A stretch of 64,000 nucleotides of DNA, taken from positions 6,095 to 70,094 of IMG/VR virus record IMGVR_UViG_3300028151_000001, one strand, 5' to 3'. The stretch comes from a virus. A program made the translations under genes and the position numbers. How positions within the stretch are numbered: position 1 is the first letter of the stretch; every line of letters begins with the position of its first letter. Of the stretch, positions 34,751-44,443 are shown in pieces. The notes below the pieces were generated by a model. The model was not told where the DNA came from. It did not search any database and was given only the letters and a program-made list of their open reading frames with translations.

Positions 34751-35125
34751 ATGAGCATAGCCCAATTCTCTCTAGTAAGAAAAGTTCCAGTCACTATTCT
34801 TCGTCGCTCTCAAGATGTCTATGATGATGACACAGGCAAAGTTGTAAAAGGTGTTGAAGAGCAAGTTGTTATTCAAGCTAACGTTCATCCTTTCTCAGAT
34901 TATCAAGTGAGCATTCTTCCTGAATCAGATCGTACACGTAGTTGGCTATGGGTTTTCACCTCAGATTTGATTCGCTCAAAGAAAGAAGGACTTAATGGAC
35001 ATGGCCCCGATATTTTTGAGTGGGACGGTGACCTGTATGAAGTGATGAAAACCCAGAATTTTAAAATGGGCGTGCAGGATCATCGGGAAGCCAAAGCAGC
35101 CAAAATAGGCCCCACACCAAACTAA
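34751..35125 (+). CDS. head closure protein
   Basis: Synteny; D.FEWDG..YEV pattern. Confidence 0.6.
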   Translation: MSIAQFSLVRKVPVTILRRSQDVYDDDTGKVVKGVEEQVVIQANVHPFSDYQVSILPESDRTRSWLWVFTSDLIRSKKEGLNGHGPDIFEWDGDLYEVMKTQNFKMGVQDHREAKAAKIGPTPN

Positions 35126-35135
35126 AGGGCAGTAT

Positions 35136-35639
35136 ATGACTTTCAGACTAAAGAAAGACACTAAAGTTTGGGATAAGCTGAAGCGTGATATGTCCCCTAA
35201 GAATGGACTTGAAATCCAATTAGGTTGGTTTCCTGAGCACCGATATGGACCTGAGAATTCTAATCAACCAATGGCCTACATTGCCATGTTGAATGAGCTA
35301 GGCCATATAAATGGAGCAGATGCGTTAATACCGGGTGCTACGACACCACCACGACCTTTTATTAGGGTGGGGTTATATCAAGCCATGAAAACTTCACCCA
35401 CTAAAGCTGAATTTGAAAAGATGATTAAAAGAGTCATTTCTGGTAAGTCTGTTATGACAGCTCTAACTCAGTCTTCTAATTTCTTTGAAAACCTTCTTAA
35501 GAAAGTCATGAGGGATTGGGATACACCTCCAAACGCAGCTTTGACTATTGAAATGAAAGGCTTTAACGACCCTCTTAGAAACACCGGCGAGCTTATAGAT
35601 AATGTAACAGCCAAAGTTGTTAAGAAAGGAAGTAACTGA
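35136..35639 (+). CDS. neck/tail-completion protein
   Basis: A.LNE.G..PPRPF, PPNA..TI..KG.NDPL..TG motif. Confidence 0.7.
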   Translation: MTFRLKKDTKVWDKLKRDMSPKNGLEIQLGWFPEHRYGPENSNQPMAYIAMLNELGHINGADALIPGATTPPRPFIRVGLYQAMKTSPTKAEFEKMIKRVISGKSVMTALTQSSNFFENLLKKVMRDWDTPPNAALTIEMKGFNDPLRNTGELIDNVTAKVVKKGSN

Positions 35640-36187
35640 TGGGTGTGCAAACAGATGTAACCTACGGTTTAAGGAAAGCTGCCATTGTAGCTTTAGAAGA
35701 ATACTTTCCAACTACAGTATCTAGAAGAAATGTAATCTTGTCTCATGCCAATGGAACAGAGCCTGACCAAGATTATGTAGTTATCAATGTTTTGCAAATT
35801 GAACAGATCGGTAAAGGTTACACATCAACTTTTACCAACGAGCTTGATGAACTTACAATACAAGCTAACTACAACGTTTATGTTCAGTTTAGTTTTATTG
35901 GGGATTTGTCTGGTGACATGTCTCACACGTTTACACAAAGATTAAACAACGTTCTTTTTAGAGAAGAGTTACAGAAGTACGGATTGAACCTTAAAACAAA
36001 AACAAACATCCGCCGAGCACCACAGAAACGAGATACGAAGTGGGTTGAATATCACAATATGGATGTAGTATTTACATACGCTGTGAATACACAGCAGATT
36101 GTGGATGTAGTGGAGGCTGTTGTAATTAAAGATACACAGACAGGTGAAGTTTCAACAATCCCTCCAGATTTTATCATAACCCCTTAA
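35639..36187 (+). CDS. tail terminator / neck protein
   Basis: Synteny directly upstream of sheath. Confidence 0.6.
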   Translation: MGVQTDVTYGLRKAAIVALEEYFPTTVSRRNVILSHANGTEPDQDYVVINVLQIEQIGKGYTSTFTNELDELTIQANYNVYVQFSFIGDLSGDMSHTFTQRLNNVLFREELQKYGLNLKTKTNIRRAPQKRDTKWVEYHNMDVVFTYAVNTQQIVDVVEAVVIKDTQTGEVSTIPPDFIITP

Positions 36188-36203
36188 TGAGAGGAATTCT
36201 CAA

Positions 36204-37487
36204 GTGTCAGAATTGGACCAAATCGTACAAATTCAAATCAACAGGGAAACTACAGCTATTGCCACAGCTTCCTTCCAGATTCCGTTGGTGTTGGCAACAT
36301 TTACAAACTTTGCAGAACGAGTTCGGATCTACACAGACTTTGATGCAGTGACAGATGATTTTGATAGTACCGACAATGTCTACAAGATTGCATCTAATCT
36401 GTTTGGTCAGGATGGTGTTCGTCCTCCTTATATTATTGTTGGTCGTCGTCAAGTAGATAGCGTTACATTTACGCCTGTTGTTGCTGATGCAACTGTATAC
36501 ACTGTAACTATCAATGGTACAGATTATAGTTTTACATCCGGGACCGGGGCCACTGCTACTACTATTGTAACTGGCCTTAAGACTGCTGTCGGCACTGTCA
36601 CAGGCATCACTGTATCTGGCACTTCTACCCTAACAGTAGCTCCTAGTGTTGCTGGTAATGCTTGGAGTGTTAATTCCTCAGCTAACTTGACTGCTGTTAA
36701 TGCTACACCAACAGAAACTTGGGTTGAAGCCCTTGATGCTGTCAGTGACTTTAACAATCAGTGGTATGCATTGGTTGCAGAAACTCACGTTCAAGCAGAT
36801 GTTCTTGCCTTGGCTGCTGCAATCCAGCCCCGCCATAAGATTTACTTTACGTCTACACAAGATGCAACAGTTCCAACAGGTTCTACCACTGATGTTGCAA
36901 GTGCTTTGAAAGCAGCTGGGTATAGTCGTACAGGTATCATCTATCTGCCTACTGCTGACACTCAGTATCCAGAAGCTGCTTGGGTTGGTAGTCAACTGCC
37001 TCGTACTCCCGGCAGTAATGATTGGGATTTCAAGAAAGCAAATGGTGTCACAGTCTCGAGCTTGACTGATACGCAGCGTACAAACTTGCGTTTTAAGAAT
37101 GCAAACATGTATACTACTGTTGCTGGAGTTGCTATCTTTCAAGATGGTAACATGTCTACTGGAGTCGGTGATGCAATCGATATTATCATCGGTATCGACT
37201 GGACTTATGCTCGTATGCAAGAGGCTATTTACAGCCGTCTGACGAATCTTCTGAAAGTTCCTTACACACGTAATGGTTTCCTGATTATTGAAAGTGAAAT
37301 GCGTAGTGTTCTTTCTCAAGGCGAAGCTAATGGTTTGTATGATTCTGGTTGGAATGTAATTTCTCCTGATCCTCTTACAATTGCAGCTTCTCAACGAATT
37401 CAACGTATTGCTGGCAATTTCACCTTCACTGCACGTCTTCAAGGAAGTGTCAGGGTAGTGACTATCGTCGGAACTGTACAAGCCTAA
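36204..37487 (+). CDS. tail sheath protein (DUF3383-like)
   Basis: 427 aa; W.FK..NG, IDI..G.DW, KVPYT..G C-terminal motifs. Confidence 0.88.
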   Translation: MSELDQIVQIQINRETTAIATASFQIPLVLATFTNFAERVRIYTDFDAVTDDFDSTDNVYKIASNLFGQDGVRPPYIIVGRRQVDSVTFTPVVADATVYTVTINGTDYSFTSGTGATATTIVTGLKTAVGTVTGITVSGTSTLTVAPSVAGNAWSVNSSANLTAVNATPTETWVEALDAVSDFNNQWYALVAETHVQADVLALAAAIQPRHKIYFTSTQDATVPTGSTTDVASALKAAGYSRTGIIYLPTADTQYPEAAWVGSQLPRTPGSNDWDFKKANGVTVSSLTDTQRTNLRFKNANMYTTVAGVAIFQDGNMSTGVGDAIDIIIGIDWTYARMQEAIYSRLTNLLKVPYTRNGFLIIESEMRSVLSQGEANGLYDSGWNVISPDPLTIAASQRIQRIAGNFTFTARLQGSVRVVTIVGTVQA

Positions 37488-37504
37488 CAGAAGGAATAAT
37501 ATAA

Positions 37505-38035
37505 ATGGCATCCGATGTAATCTTAGGCACATACTCGCCGGAAGAAGTGGCTGTAATCATCACTGTTGCTGACCAGACACACATTGTCTCGGGTCTTGCA
37601 GCAGGCACTTTCATTAACGTAACACGTATGGTTCCAGCAGCCAGTCTTGTTGTTGGTTCGGACCTATCAGCATTCCGTGTTAAACGCCGTAATAAAGCCT
37701 CCACAATCAGCATCACGCTGCACCAAGCCTCAATCAGTAATCGTGTCTTTCAACAAATGCAAATTGCAGATGAGAATGACGCTACTGATGAATATGTGTT
37801 TAGTATCACCGTAAAAGATAATTCTGGACAGAGCCTATATTATGCTCGACAAGCTTTTATCGGAACAGTGCCCGACGCTGCTTATTCAGATTCTGAAACT
37901 GGTGAAACCCGTCAATGGGATATTCAGTGCGTTAACCTGATTCGTCTTGAAGGTGGTAACACTAAGATGGATGAGTCTGCTGTTGCTGTGGTTGAAGCTC
38001 TTGGTGGTGAAATCGATAACCGTTGGAAATTGTAA
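37505..38035 (+). CDS. tail tube protein
   Basis: TYSP.EV N-terminus, after sheath, high codon bias, followed by terminator. Confidence 0.8.
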   Translation: MASDVILGTYSPEEVAVIITVADQTHIVSGLAAGTFINVTRMVPAASLVVGSDLSAFRVKRRNKASTISITLHQASISNRVFQQMQIADENDATDEYVFSITVKDNSGQSLYYARQAFIGTVPDAAYSDSETGETRQWDIQCVNLIRLEGGNTKMDESAVAVVEALGGEIDNRWKL

Positions 38036-38041
38036 TATCAT

Positions 38042-38062
38042 AGGGTCTGAAAAGACCCTTTC
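38042..38062 (+). terminator. intrinsic terminator
   Basis: AGGGTCT-GAAA-AGACCCT stem followed by TT. Confidence 0.6.
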
Positions 38063-38076
38063 CTAGAGGGACAGTA

Positions 38077-38580
38077 ATGGCAGATTTAGCTACCTATATA
38101 CCTGCTGAAGTTAGTGTATTAGTCGCAGGTATTATACCTCTGGAAGGTTTTGTAGACAGCTCTTTTATCTCTATCAGTAAGGATGTAATGCCTTATGCAA
38201 CACAGAAAAGTGTTGATGGAAGAGTTGCAAGAATTTATAACAGTGACCAGACTTATACAATAAGGATCACTGTTTACAGCGGCAGTCGTAGTAATACAGT
38301 CTTAACAAAACTCTGGCAAATTGACGAGATAACTCAGAGAGGTAAATTCCCACTTCTTATTAAAGATGGTAGTGGTAGTGATTTGTTCTTCTCAACAAAT
38401 ACATGGATTGAAGATATACCTTCGCTTGTAAAGAGTAATGATTACGAGCCCAGAACATGGATTATGAAGTCATCCCAAGCAGTGATAAATCTTGGAAGTA
38501 ATAATGGTGAATCTGGTCTTCTTGAAGATTTGTTTAATATTGGAGTAGCATCCCTCCCTATTCTTGAAGGACTTCTCTAA
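38077..38580 (+). CDS. tail tube-like paralog
   Basis: TYIPAEV and same fold pattern as 37505 (I.D.SG...F...AWI...P). Confidence 0.65.
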   Translation: MADLATYIPAEVSVLVAGIIPLEGFVDSSFISISKDVMPYATQKSVDGRVARIYNSDQTYTIRITVYSGSRSNTVLTKLWQIDEITQRGKFPLLIKDGSGSDLFFSTNTWIEDIPSLVKSNDYEPRTWIMKSSQAVINLGSNNGESGLLEDLFNIGVASLPILEGLL

Positions 38581-39077
38581 TGTCAAATGGATTTACAGTT
38601 GCAACCTACTCCCCGAAAGATGTTATATTGAACATTGGGGGTTATCAAGTATCCGGTTGGATGTCTATTGCAATCAGTAGAAATAGTCGTGGATTTACTG
38701 TTGTAAAGGGTATCCGTGGCAAGAACACAAGAGTTAGAAATCAAGATACTTCTGCAACCCTTATTGTTTCATTGATGGCTAGTAGCCAAACTAATGATGT
38801 ATTTTCCTACATACATGAACTTGATATACAAGAGGGTACAGGTAGGCTGTCTCTGACTCTTAAAGATATTTCTGGTTCTAGTGTATTTTCTACCAATGAG
38901 GGGTATATTACAGGCTATCCAGTTGTAAGTAAAACTGGCCAAATTGAGACTACAGTGTGGGAGATATTTGCACAAACCACTGTAGATTATTTTGTAGGTG
39001 GTAATACCAGACCTTCTACAAATATGTTTGATTCTGCTGTAACAGAAGCTTCTGACTTCATATCAAACCTTTTCTAA
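38580..39077 (+). CDS. tail tube-like paralog
   Basis: TYSPKDV...LKDISGSSVF...GYI...P. Confidence 0.65.
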   Translation: MSNGFTVATYSPKDVILNIGGYQVSGWMSIAISRNSRGFTVVKGIRGKNTRVRNQDTSATLIVSLMASSQTNDVFSYIHELDIQEGTGRLSLTLKDISGSSVFSTNEGYITGYPVVSKTGQIETTVWEIFAQTTVDYFVGGNTRPSTNMFDSAVTEASDFISNLF

Positions 39078-39102
39078 TTTAATTTTAATATTGAGATAAA
39101 TA

Positions 39103-39432
39103 ATGGCGCAACCAAAACTTTCACTTCTTCCTCAGACAGAAGTGAGCATTGATGATATGGATTATGTCCTTAATGCACTTCCTACCACACTGGCTGTAGA
39201 TATTCAAAACGTTCTTATTGAGAATGGTAATATTGAAGGCTGGCGTCCAGATATTGATCTTGTACGCAAGGTTGTTGTTGGTAGTCAGATTCAGTATGAA
39301 GGTAAAGTGATTGATAAGAATCTTTTTGAATATCACTTTGCACGTAAGAGCGTACATCTTTATAAGCTTGTAGATGAAATCATCAAATGGAATTTTGAAG
39401 ATGTTTTTACGGTAAGCGATTCAGAGGAATAA
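39103..39432 (+). CDS. tail assembly chaperone
   Basis: Position before tape measure; followed by a start-less -1 frame ORF. Confidence 0.75.
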   Translation: MAQPKLSLLPQTEVSIDDMDYVLNALPTTLAVDIQNVLIENGNIEGWRPDIDLVRKVVVGSQIQYEGKVIDKNLFEYHFARKSVHLYKLVDEIIKWNFEDVFTVSDSEE

Positions 39433-39662
39433 AAACTTCTGGATCAACAGTTTCAAAATTAACTAACAGTGAAAAACAGATAGACGAAGAGTTCTCACAA
39501 GATTGGTTAATTTACAAACTGGTTACGCATGAAACAAAGCCTTGTACACTCTGGGATTTAGAAAATAAATATTCCATAAAGCAAGCTTATAATCTTCTCG
39601 AAATCATTACAGTATACGACGCTCAGAAAAAGATTGCTATAGACAAATCCAAGGAAAAGTAA
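39405..39662 (+). CDS. frameshift extension of tail assembly chaperone (G-T type), not in ORF track
   Basis: 85 open codons in -1 frame without a start codon (FYGKRFRG...DKSKEK), ending immediately before the tape-measure ATG. Confidence 0.7.
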   Translation, partial: FYGKRFRGIKTSGSTVSKLTNSEKQIDEEFSQDWLIYKLVTHETKPCTLWDLENKYSIKQAYNLLEIITVYDAQKKIAIDKSKEK

Positions 39663-41678
39663 ATGACTCAGATTGCAAGCTATTTTGCCTCTTTGGGGTT
39701 TGACATAGATCAAAAGAGTGTTCGTAGGGTTGATAGCACACTAAAGAATCTTGAGAAAAGACTAAAGCTTTTTGGTAAAAATTTCAATAAAAAGATTGGA
39801 ATAAGCTTAGACATTACAGCTTTTAATGTAGACCAGAAAAAACTAAGAACAGCTTTGGGTAATTCTCTGGATCTAGCTAGTAAGAGTGTAGCCTTTGAGA
39901 TTAGTAAGTTTGTTGTAAATGATAGAAATCTTCAAGCTGCGTTGTTGAGAGCGGCTAGACGTTTACCACCTTATCCTCCGGGCGGTGGTGGCCCACACCC
40001 TCCGCATCCACCTTTACCTCCAACACCGCCCCGTCCCGGACCGTATCCACCACTCCCGCCGGGTAGCCGAAGAACAGCAGTTGCGGGAGGCTATTTTGGT
40101 GGTGGATTGGCAAGACTGTATGGACCTGCCTTAGCATTGGGATTGGGAGGCTATGGGCTTTCTCAGCTCAATCAACGTAACCAGCAGGTGGTATCTGCAC
40201 AGCTTCAGACAACTGCTGTCACTCAGCAAGCCGGTGGTACTCAGCAACAGGGTAAGCAGTCTTTTGAATGGTTGAGGCAACAAGGCGATAAGATTGGTTT
40301 TAATTACTTAGATGCATCTGCTGATTATAATAAACTGACATCCGGCTTGACGGGTGCGGGAATGAGTATAAAACAATCTCAGAATATATTTAAGGGTTTT
40401 TCTGAATTATCTCGTGTAAATAAACTTGACCGTGTGCAGCAACAACGTGTTTATAGGGCCTTGAGTCAGATTGCTGGTAAGAACAAACTGCAATCTGAGG
40501 AATTAACTGGCCAGTTGGCAGAGAGTTTACCGGGAGCTGTAAGTATTTTCGCCAGAGCTTACCAGAATAAGTTGGCTGCTGAAGGTCAAGGTGGTGGGAA
40601 GGAAGGGCAAGCCGCTATTACCGAACTTCTAGCAGCAATGAAGAAGGGACAAGTTAAGGGGGATATCCTTACTTACGCTGGAGATATTGCAGGCCAACAA
40701 GCGGCGCCGGGATTGGCGGCTGCATCAAAAGCTTCACAAGCAGAGCAAGCTAGGGCACAAAACTCCCTAAACGATCTTGCTGTAGTTGCTTCTAACGCAG
40801 GTGTTGAATCAGGTTTTGCAAGGCTATTTAGGGCATTAAATGAGGGATTAAAAGAGTCTGGTCCGATGGTTGAGTCATTGGCTAGGGGCTTTGATAACGT
40901 CTCTAAGTATGTGTCTTTTGCCCTATTGTCTGTGCAATCTCTTCAAAGATTCTTTGATGGCAAAGACAGCTATCTTGGGGATAAATTTTTTCCGGACGAA
41001 GAGTCCCGCAATACAGCCTTTGGGTTTCTAAACTCTTACAAAAGTCTTATGGGTGAGATTGTAACTCTAGGCCAAACATCCCTACAGGGTTGGAAAGAGT
41101 TAAGTGCTCTTATGGGAACAGGTCCCCTTGCCAAGTTCAAAGAACAGATTGACATCATTGCAAACGGTATCAATGCTGCAAATAAACTGACTAAGGGTGA
41201 CTATTCTGGTGCTGTAGATTCTATCCAAAGTGCAGGTAAGAGGTACGCAAATGCCATTACAGCGCCCGGTCGAGCAGGTGTAAACCTTGTTAGTGATGCT
41301 GTAACTTATGGTGTTGCTGCAATAGACCCATCACAGAGTATGAGTGATGTAACACCTTGGCAAATAGATAAACCATTTGATAATACAAACTCTCTTTTTG
41401 ATTATCAAAGGCAAGCAAAAGATCAGCAAGAACAGGCTTTTGCTAACAGACGCAGGGACGGATTTAACGGGCCTATGGGGATATTCCCTATGTCCAAAAC
41501 GCCTATGCCTGAGGCAAGCGCCACAACAACTGGTGTAATGGCAGCACCTAAAGCAGATGTTAAACTAGATATTAGTGTTAAGATTGACGCTGCTACACCA
41601 GAAGACTTTAAGAATAAGTTTGAGGCAAGTCTTAGTGATGTTGTAAGACAGACACTTGATAAATACTCTGAAAAATAA
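39663..41678 (+). CDS. tape measure protein
   Basis: IASYFASLGF N-terminus; tape-measure domain (ALSQIAGK..LQSEEL..QLAE.LPG); Ala/Gly/Gln-rich. Confidence 0.9.
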   Translation: MTQIASYFASLGFDIDQKSVRRVDSTLKNLEKRLKLFGKNFNKKIGISLDITAFNVDQKKLRTALGNSLDLASKSVAFEISKFVVNDRNLQAALLRAARRLPPYPPGGGGPHPPHPPLPPTPPRPGPYPPLPPGSRRTAVAGGYFGGGLARLYGPALALGLGGYGLSQLNQRNQQVVSAQLQTTAVTQQAGGTQQQGKQSFEWLRQQGDKIGFNYLDASADYNKLTSGLTGAGMSIKQSQNIFKGFSELSRVNKLDRVQQQRVYRALSQIAGKNKLQSEELTGQLAESLPGAVSIFARAYQNKLAAEGQGGGKEGQAAITELLAAMKKGQVKGDILTYAGDIAGQQAAPGLAAASKASQAEQARAQNSLNDLAVVASNAGVESGFARLFRALNEGLKESGPMVESLARGFDNVSKYVSFALLSVQSLQRFFDGKDSYLGDKFFPDEESRNTAFGFLNSYKSLMGEIVTLGQTSLQGWKELSALMGTGPLAKFKEQIDIIANGINAANKLTKGDYSGAVDSIQSAGKRYANAITAPGRAGVNLVSDAVTYGVAAIDPSQSMSDVTPWQIDKPFDNTNSLFDYQRQAKDQQEQAFANRRRDGFNGPMGIFPMSKTPMPEASATTTGVMAAPKADVKLDISVKIDAATPEDFKNKFEASLSDVVRQTLDKYSEK

Positions 41679-41695
41679 CTCACAAGGAGTTTAGT

Positions 41696-42484
41696 ATGTC
41701 GTTCGGACTTCGCTGGGGTGAAGATACAGAGGAAGGTGGTGGTTTCATTTGGTTTGATGCAGTGACAGCAAATGTTGAGTCTTACCGAGGTCAAGTGACA
41801 AAGCATCCCATTGCTAATGGTGGAAATGTATCAGACCACTTTATTAGGGAGAATCCTGTAATTACATTATCAACTGTAATTACAGGATTTGATATCTCTC
41901 AAGGAAGTTATTTAATACAGGATTTGGTTGGTAATTCACCCTACAATGTAAATGAAGCCCCAAATGCTGTTCAGGTTAATTCTACTGACCAAAGTGTTCT
42001 GACTAAATTTATTCCAGACAGTATTGGTCAGTTTTTGGCAGATACCTCTCCTGAAGTTGTAATGGATACTCAAAGACTTCAGGTTATAGATACTGTAAAA
42101 GAATACCTGATAAGTCTAATGTCAGGCTTTATCTTCAATGATTCTAAACAAAAATTTGTTCCTAATGTCCAGACAGTAAGGCTATTTGAATATAACGGTA
42201 CACTGCTTAAAAAGATTATTAATAATCTAGTTATCACCAGTATGGTATTTAAAGAAGATGCTAATAGTGGTGAAGGTGTCTACTGTGATCTTACTTTTGA
42301 ACAGGTTACTTTTGCCTATCTGAAAAAAGTATTAATTCCTAAACAAATTACACAATCATTAAAGAAAAAAGCTGAAAGTAAAGTTTCTAAGGGTAAACAA
42401 CCTGCTGAAGTAGAGGAAGTGTCAGAAGAAAAGGGCCCCTCTCTTGACAAACAAAGAGATGTAGCCGAGGAGTTGTCAAGATAA
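41696..42484 (+). CDS. baseplate/tube-initiation protein
   Basis: FDAV......VTKHPI..G..VSDH motif; synteny. Confidence 0.7.
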   Translation: MSFGLRWGEDTEEGGGFIWFDAVTANVESYRGQVTKHPIANGGNVSDHFIRENPVITLSTVITGFDISQGSYLIQDLVGNSPYNVNEAPNAVQVNSTDQSVLTKFIPDSIGQFLADTSPEVVMDTQRLQVIDTVKEYLISLMSGFIFNDSKQKFVPNVQTVRLFEYNGTLLKKIINNLVITSMVFKEDANSGEGVYCDLTFEQVTFAYLKKVLIPKQITQSLKKKAESKVSKGKQPAEVEEVSEEKGPSLDKQRDVAEELSR

Positions 42485-42819
42485 TGTTAAAGTATGTTGA
42501 ACTACCTCTTTTTGATGATGCTAACTACGAATATTCTACAGCACTCCAAGGAACATCTTACATTTTAGAATTCTATTATGTAGAAAGAGCGGAAGGTTAC
42601 TTCATCTCTCTTTATGATGCAGAAAGAAATCCAATTGTTCTTGGTGAAAGGTTAGTTCCTAACTATCCAATGTTTAAAGATTATGCTCTTTTCCCTCTAA
42701 CGGGTTGGATCTGGATGGAGAATATCCCAGAGATTCAGACTATTGATGCGTATACTTTATACCCAGATAAAATAAATCAGTATTACAGAATGTACTATGT
42801 ATATGATGATGGAGTTTAA
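42484..42819 (+). CDS. baseplate protein
   Basis: Synteny; W/Y..SLYD......V.G.RLV pattern. Confidence 0.6.
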   Translation: MLKYVELPLFDDANYEYSTALQGTSYILEFYYVERAEGYFISLYDAERNPIVLGERLVPNYPMFKDYALFPLTGWIWMENIPEIQTIDAYTLYPDKINQYYRMYYVYDDGV

Positions 42820-42821
42820 TT

Positions 42822-43712
42822 ATGATTACTGGCCTACAAAGAAATAGGATATTTCAGCTTATTGTAGGCGACTACAAAACTGGCGAAGGTGTTCTGATCG
42901 AAGATCTTCAAGTTAGTTTTGACATCAGTAAGAGTAGTAATAACAAGGATCGTACAAATTCAGCAGCCATTGCTATCTATAATCTAGACCCACAAACACT
43001 TGCCTTGCTTGATACTGATTACCCCACCACTTCCTTCTCCACAGGGTATGAGGATACAGGTACATTCCAACAGATATTCAAAGGACAAGTTACTAATATT
43101 GTAACAAGGAAAAGTGGTACTGATATCATCACCCAGCTACAGATGGGTAGTAAGTATACACAGTTAAATCACACGCTTGTCAGCAAGTTAGTAGCTCCGG
43201 GGAAGTCAAGAGAAGACGCTTTACAAGAGTTTGTTACAACACTTGGAGCGGAGCGGGGAGTTTTCAATATTCCACAAAAGCAACAAGCTCTTCTCTACGG
43301 GTATTCAATGAGCGGTACACCTAAAGAATCTCTGGATGAGTTTTGTAGCAAATACGGATATGATTGGCAGATTGAGGATGATGTACTTTATGTACATGCT
43401 AATGATAGAGCTAATACTGAAAACTTTCAGTTGGCATATGTCATATCTGAGGAAACTGGTTTAGTTGAAACAGCTTATAGAGAAACAGCTAAAGTTAGAA
43501 AGTCCAAGAAAGATAAAGCCAAAAAGCCGGGGGTTATATGGAAGTCTTTATTGAATCCTGATATCAAAGCTGGAGACATTGTAAAGCTTGAAGACACCCT
43601 GATTCAAGGCTATTTCAAAGTAGATAAGCTTAAGCACTTTGGTGGGTGGAGAGAAAACACATGGTACACCGAGTGTACAGGCTCTGCCATAGAGAAGGTT
43701 GTTAAGTCATGA
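42822..43712 (+). CDS. baseplate hub protein
   Basis: VSFDISKS, IFKGQV, WQI.D..L, SE.TGL, LLNP.IK.G..V.L motifs. Confidence 0.75.
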   Translation: MITGLQRNRIFQLIVGDYKTGEGVLIEDLQVSFDISKSSNNKDRTNSAAIAIYNLDPQTLALLDTDYPTTSFSTGYEDTGTFQQIFKGQVTNIVTRKSGTDIITQLQMGSKYTQLNHTLVSKLVAPGKSREDALQEFVTTLGAERGVFNIPQKQQALLYGYSMSGTPKESLDEFCSKYGYDWQIEDDVLYVHANDRANTENFQLAYVISEETGLVETAYRETAKVRKSKKDKAKKPGVIWKSLLNPDIKAGDIVKLEDTLIQGYFKVDKLKHFGGWRENTWYTECTGSAIEKVVKS

Positions 43713-44443
43713 GTGCTGATATTCAAGAACTACTAGGTGCTGTATTTGATGACAAGGCGAATAATCTATATACGTCTATGCCTTGCATTGTTGTAGCTGT
43801 AAGAGATAACCTATCCGGTCAAATGGTGGATATTCAACCCACTATTAACCAAAAAGCTCCTGATGGTACTGTAGCTGAAAGACCACCTATTCTTGGTGTT
43901 CCAGTAGCTTTCCCTGTGTCCTCTACAGCAGGCATGACTTTCCCCATAAAAGCTGGTGACACAGGGATGGCTGTATTCTCTATGAGAGATATGACCGCTT
44001 GGAAGTCTGGTAACGGTAGACCAGCTACGCCTACAAACTTTGCCAAGATGGATAAAGGTGATGCTGTATTTTATCCCGGTATCCAACCGCCCGGCAGTGC
44101 TGTAAACAACCCTGCAAAGCACGTACTTGCTCACAACACAAATGACACGGTTATGTTTGCTAATCTAGGGGCTACAGAGGTTGAAGTAAGGCTTAAATCT
44201 GATGGAAGTATTGAGCTTAATACAAGCAATCAACCTGTCACTATTAATTGTTCTAATGCTACTGTGAACGCCACACAGAGTATTGATCTGAGAGCACCCA
44301 CTGTAAACATTGATGCTGCTGAAAGCGTCTGGACGGGAAATTTGACCCACTATGGTAATTATACTGGGGTTGGTGTACAGACATTTAATACTGTTATCTT
44401 CAGCACACACAAGCACGGTCAATCACCACCTCCAAGTAATTAA
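43709..44443 (+). CDS. baseplate central spike (Gp138-like)
   Basis: VDIQP...P.I.GVPV.FP...GD.G..VFS.RD; C-terminal THKH metal-binding tip. Confidence 0.85.
   Translation: MSADIQELLGAVFDDKANNLYTSMPCIVVAVRDNLSGQMVDIQPTINQKAPDGTVAERPPILGVPVAFPVSSTAGMTFPIKAGDTGMAVFSMRDMTAWKSGNGRPATPTNFAKMDKGDAVFYPGIQPPGSAVNNPAKHVLAHNTNDTVMFANLGATEVEVRLKSDGSIELNTSNQPVTINCSNATVNATQSIDLRAPTVNIDAAESVWTGNLTHYGNYTGVGVQTFNTVIFSTHKHGQSPPPSN

Noticed and set aside
36678-37532. 284-aa antisense ORF over the tail sheath gene
   Set aside because: Same shadow effect; Ser/Cys/Ile-rich non-protein-like composition
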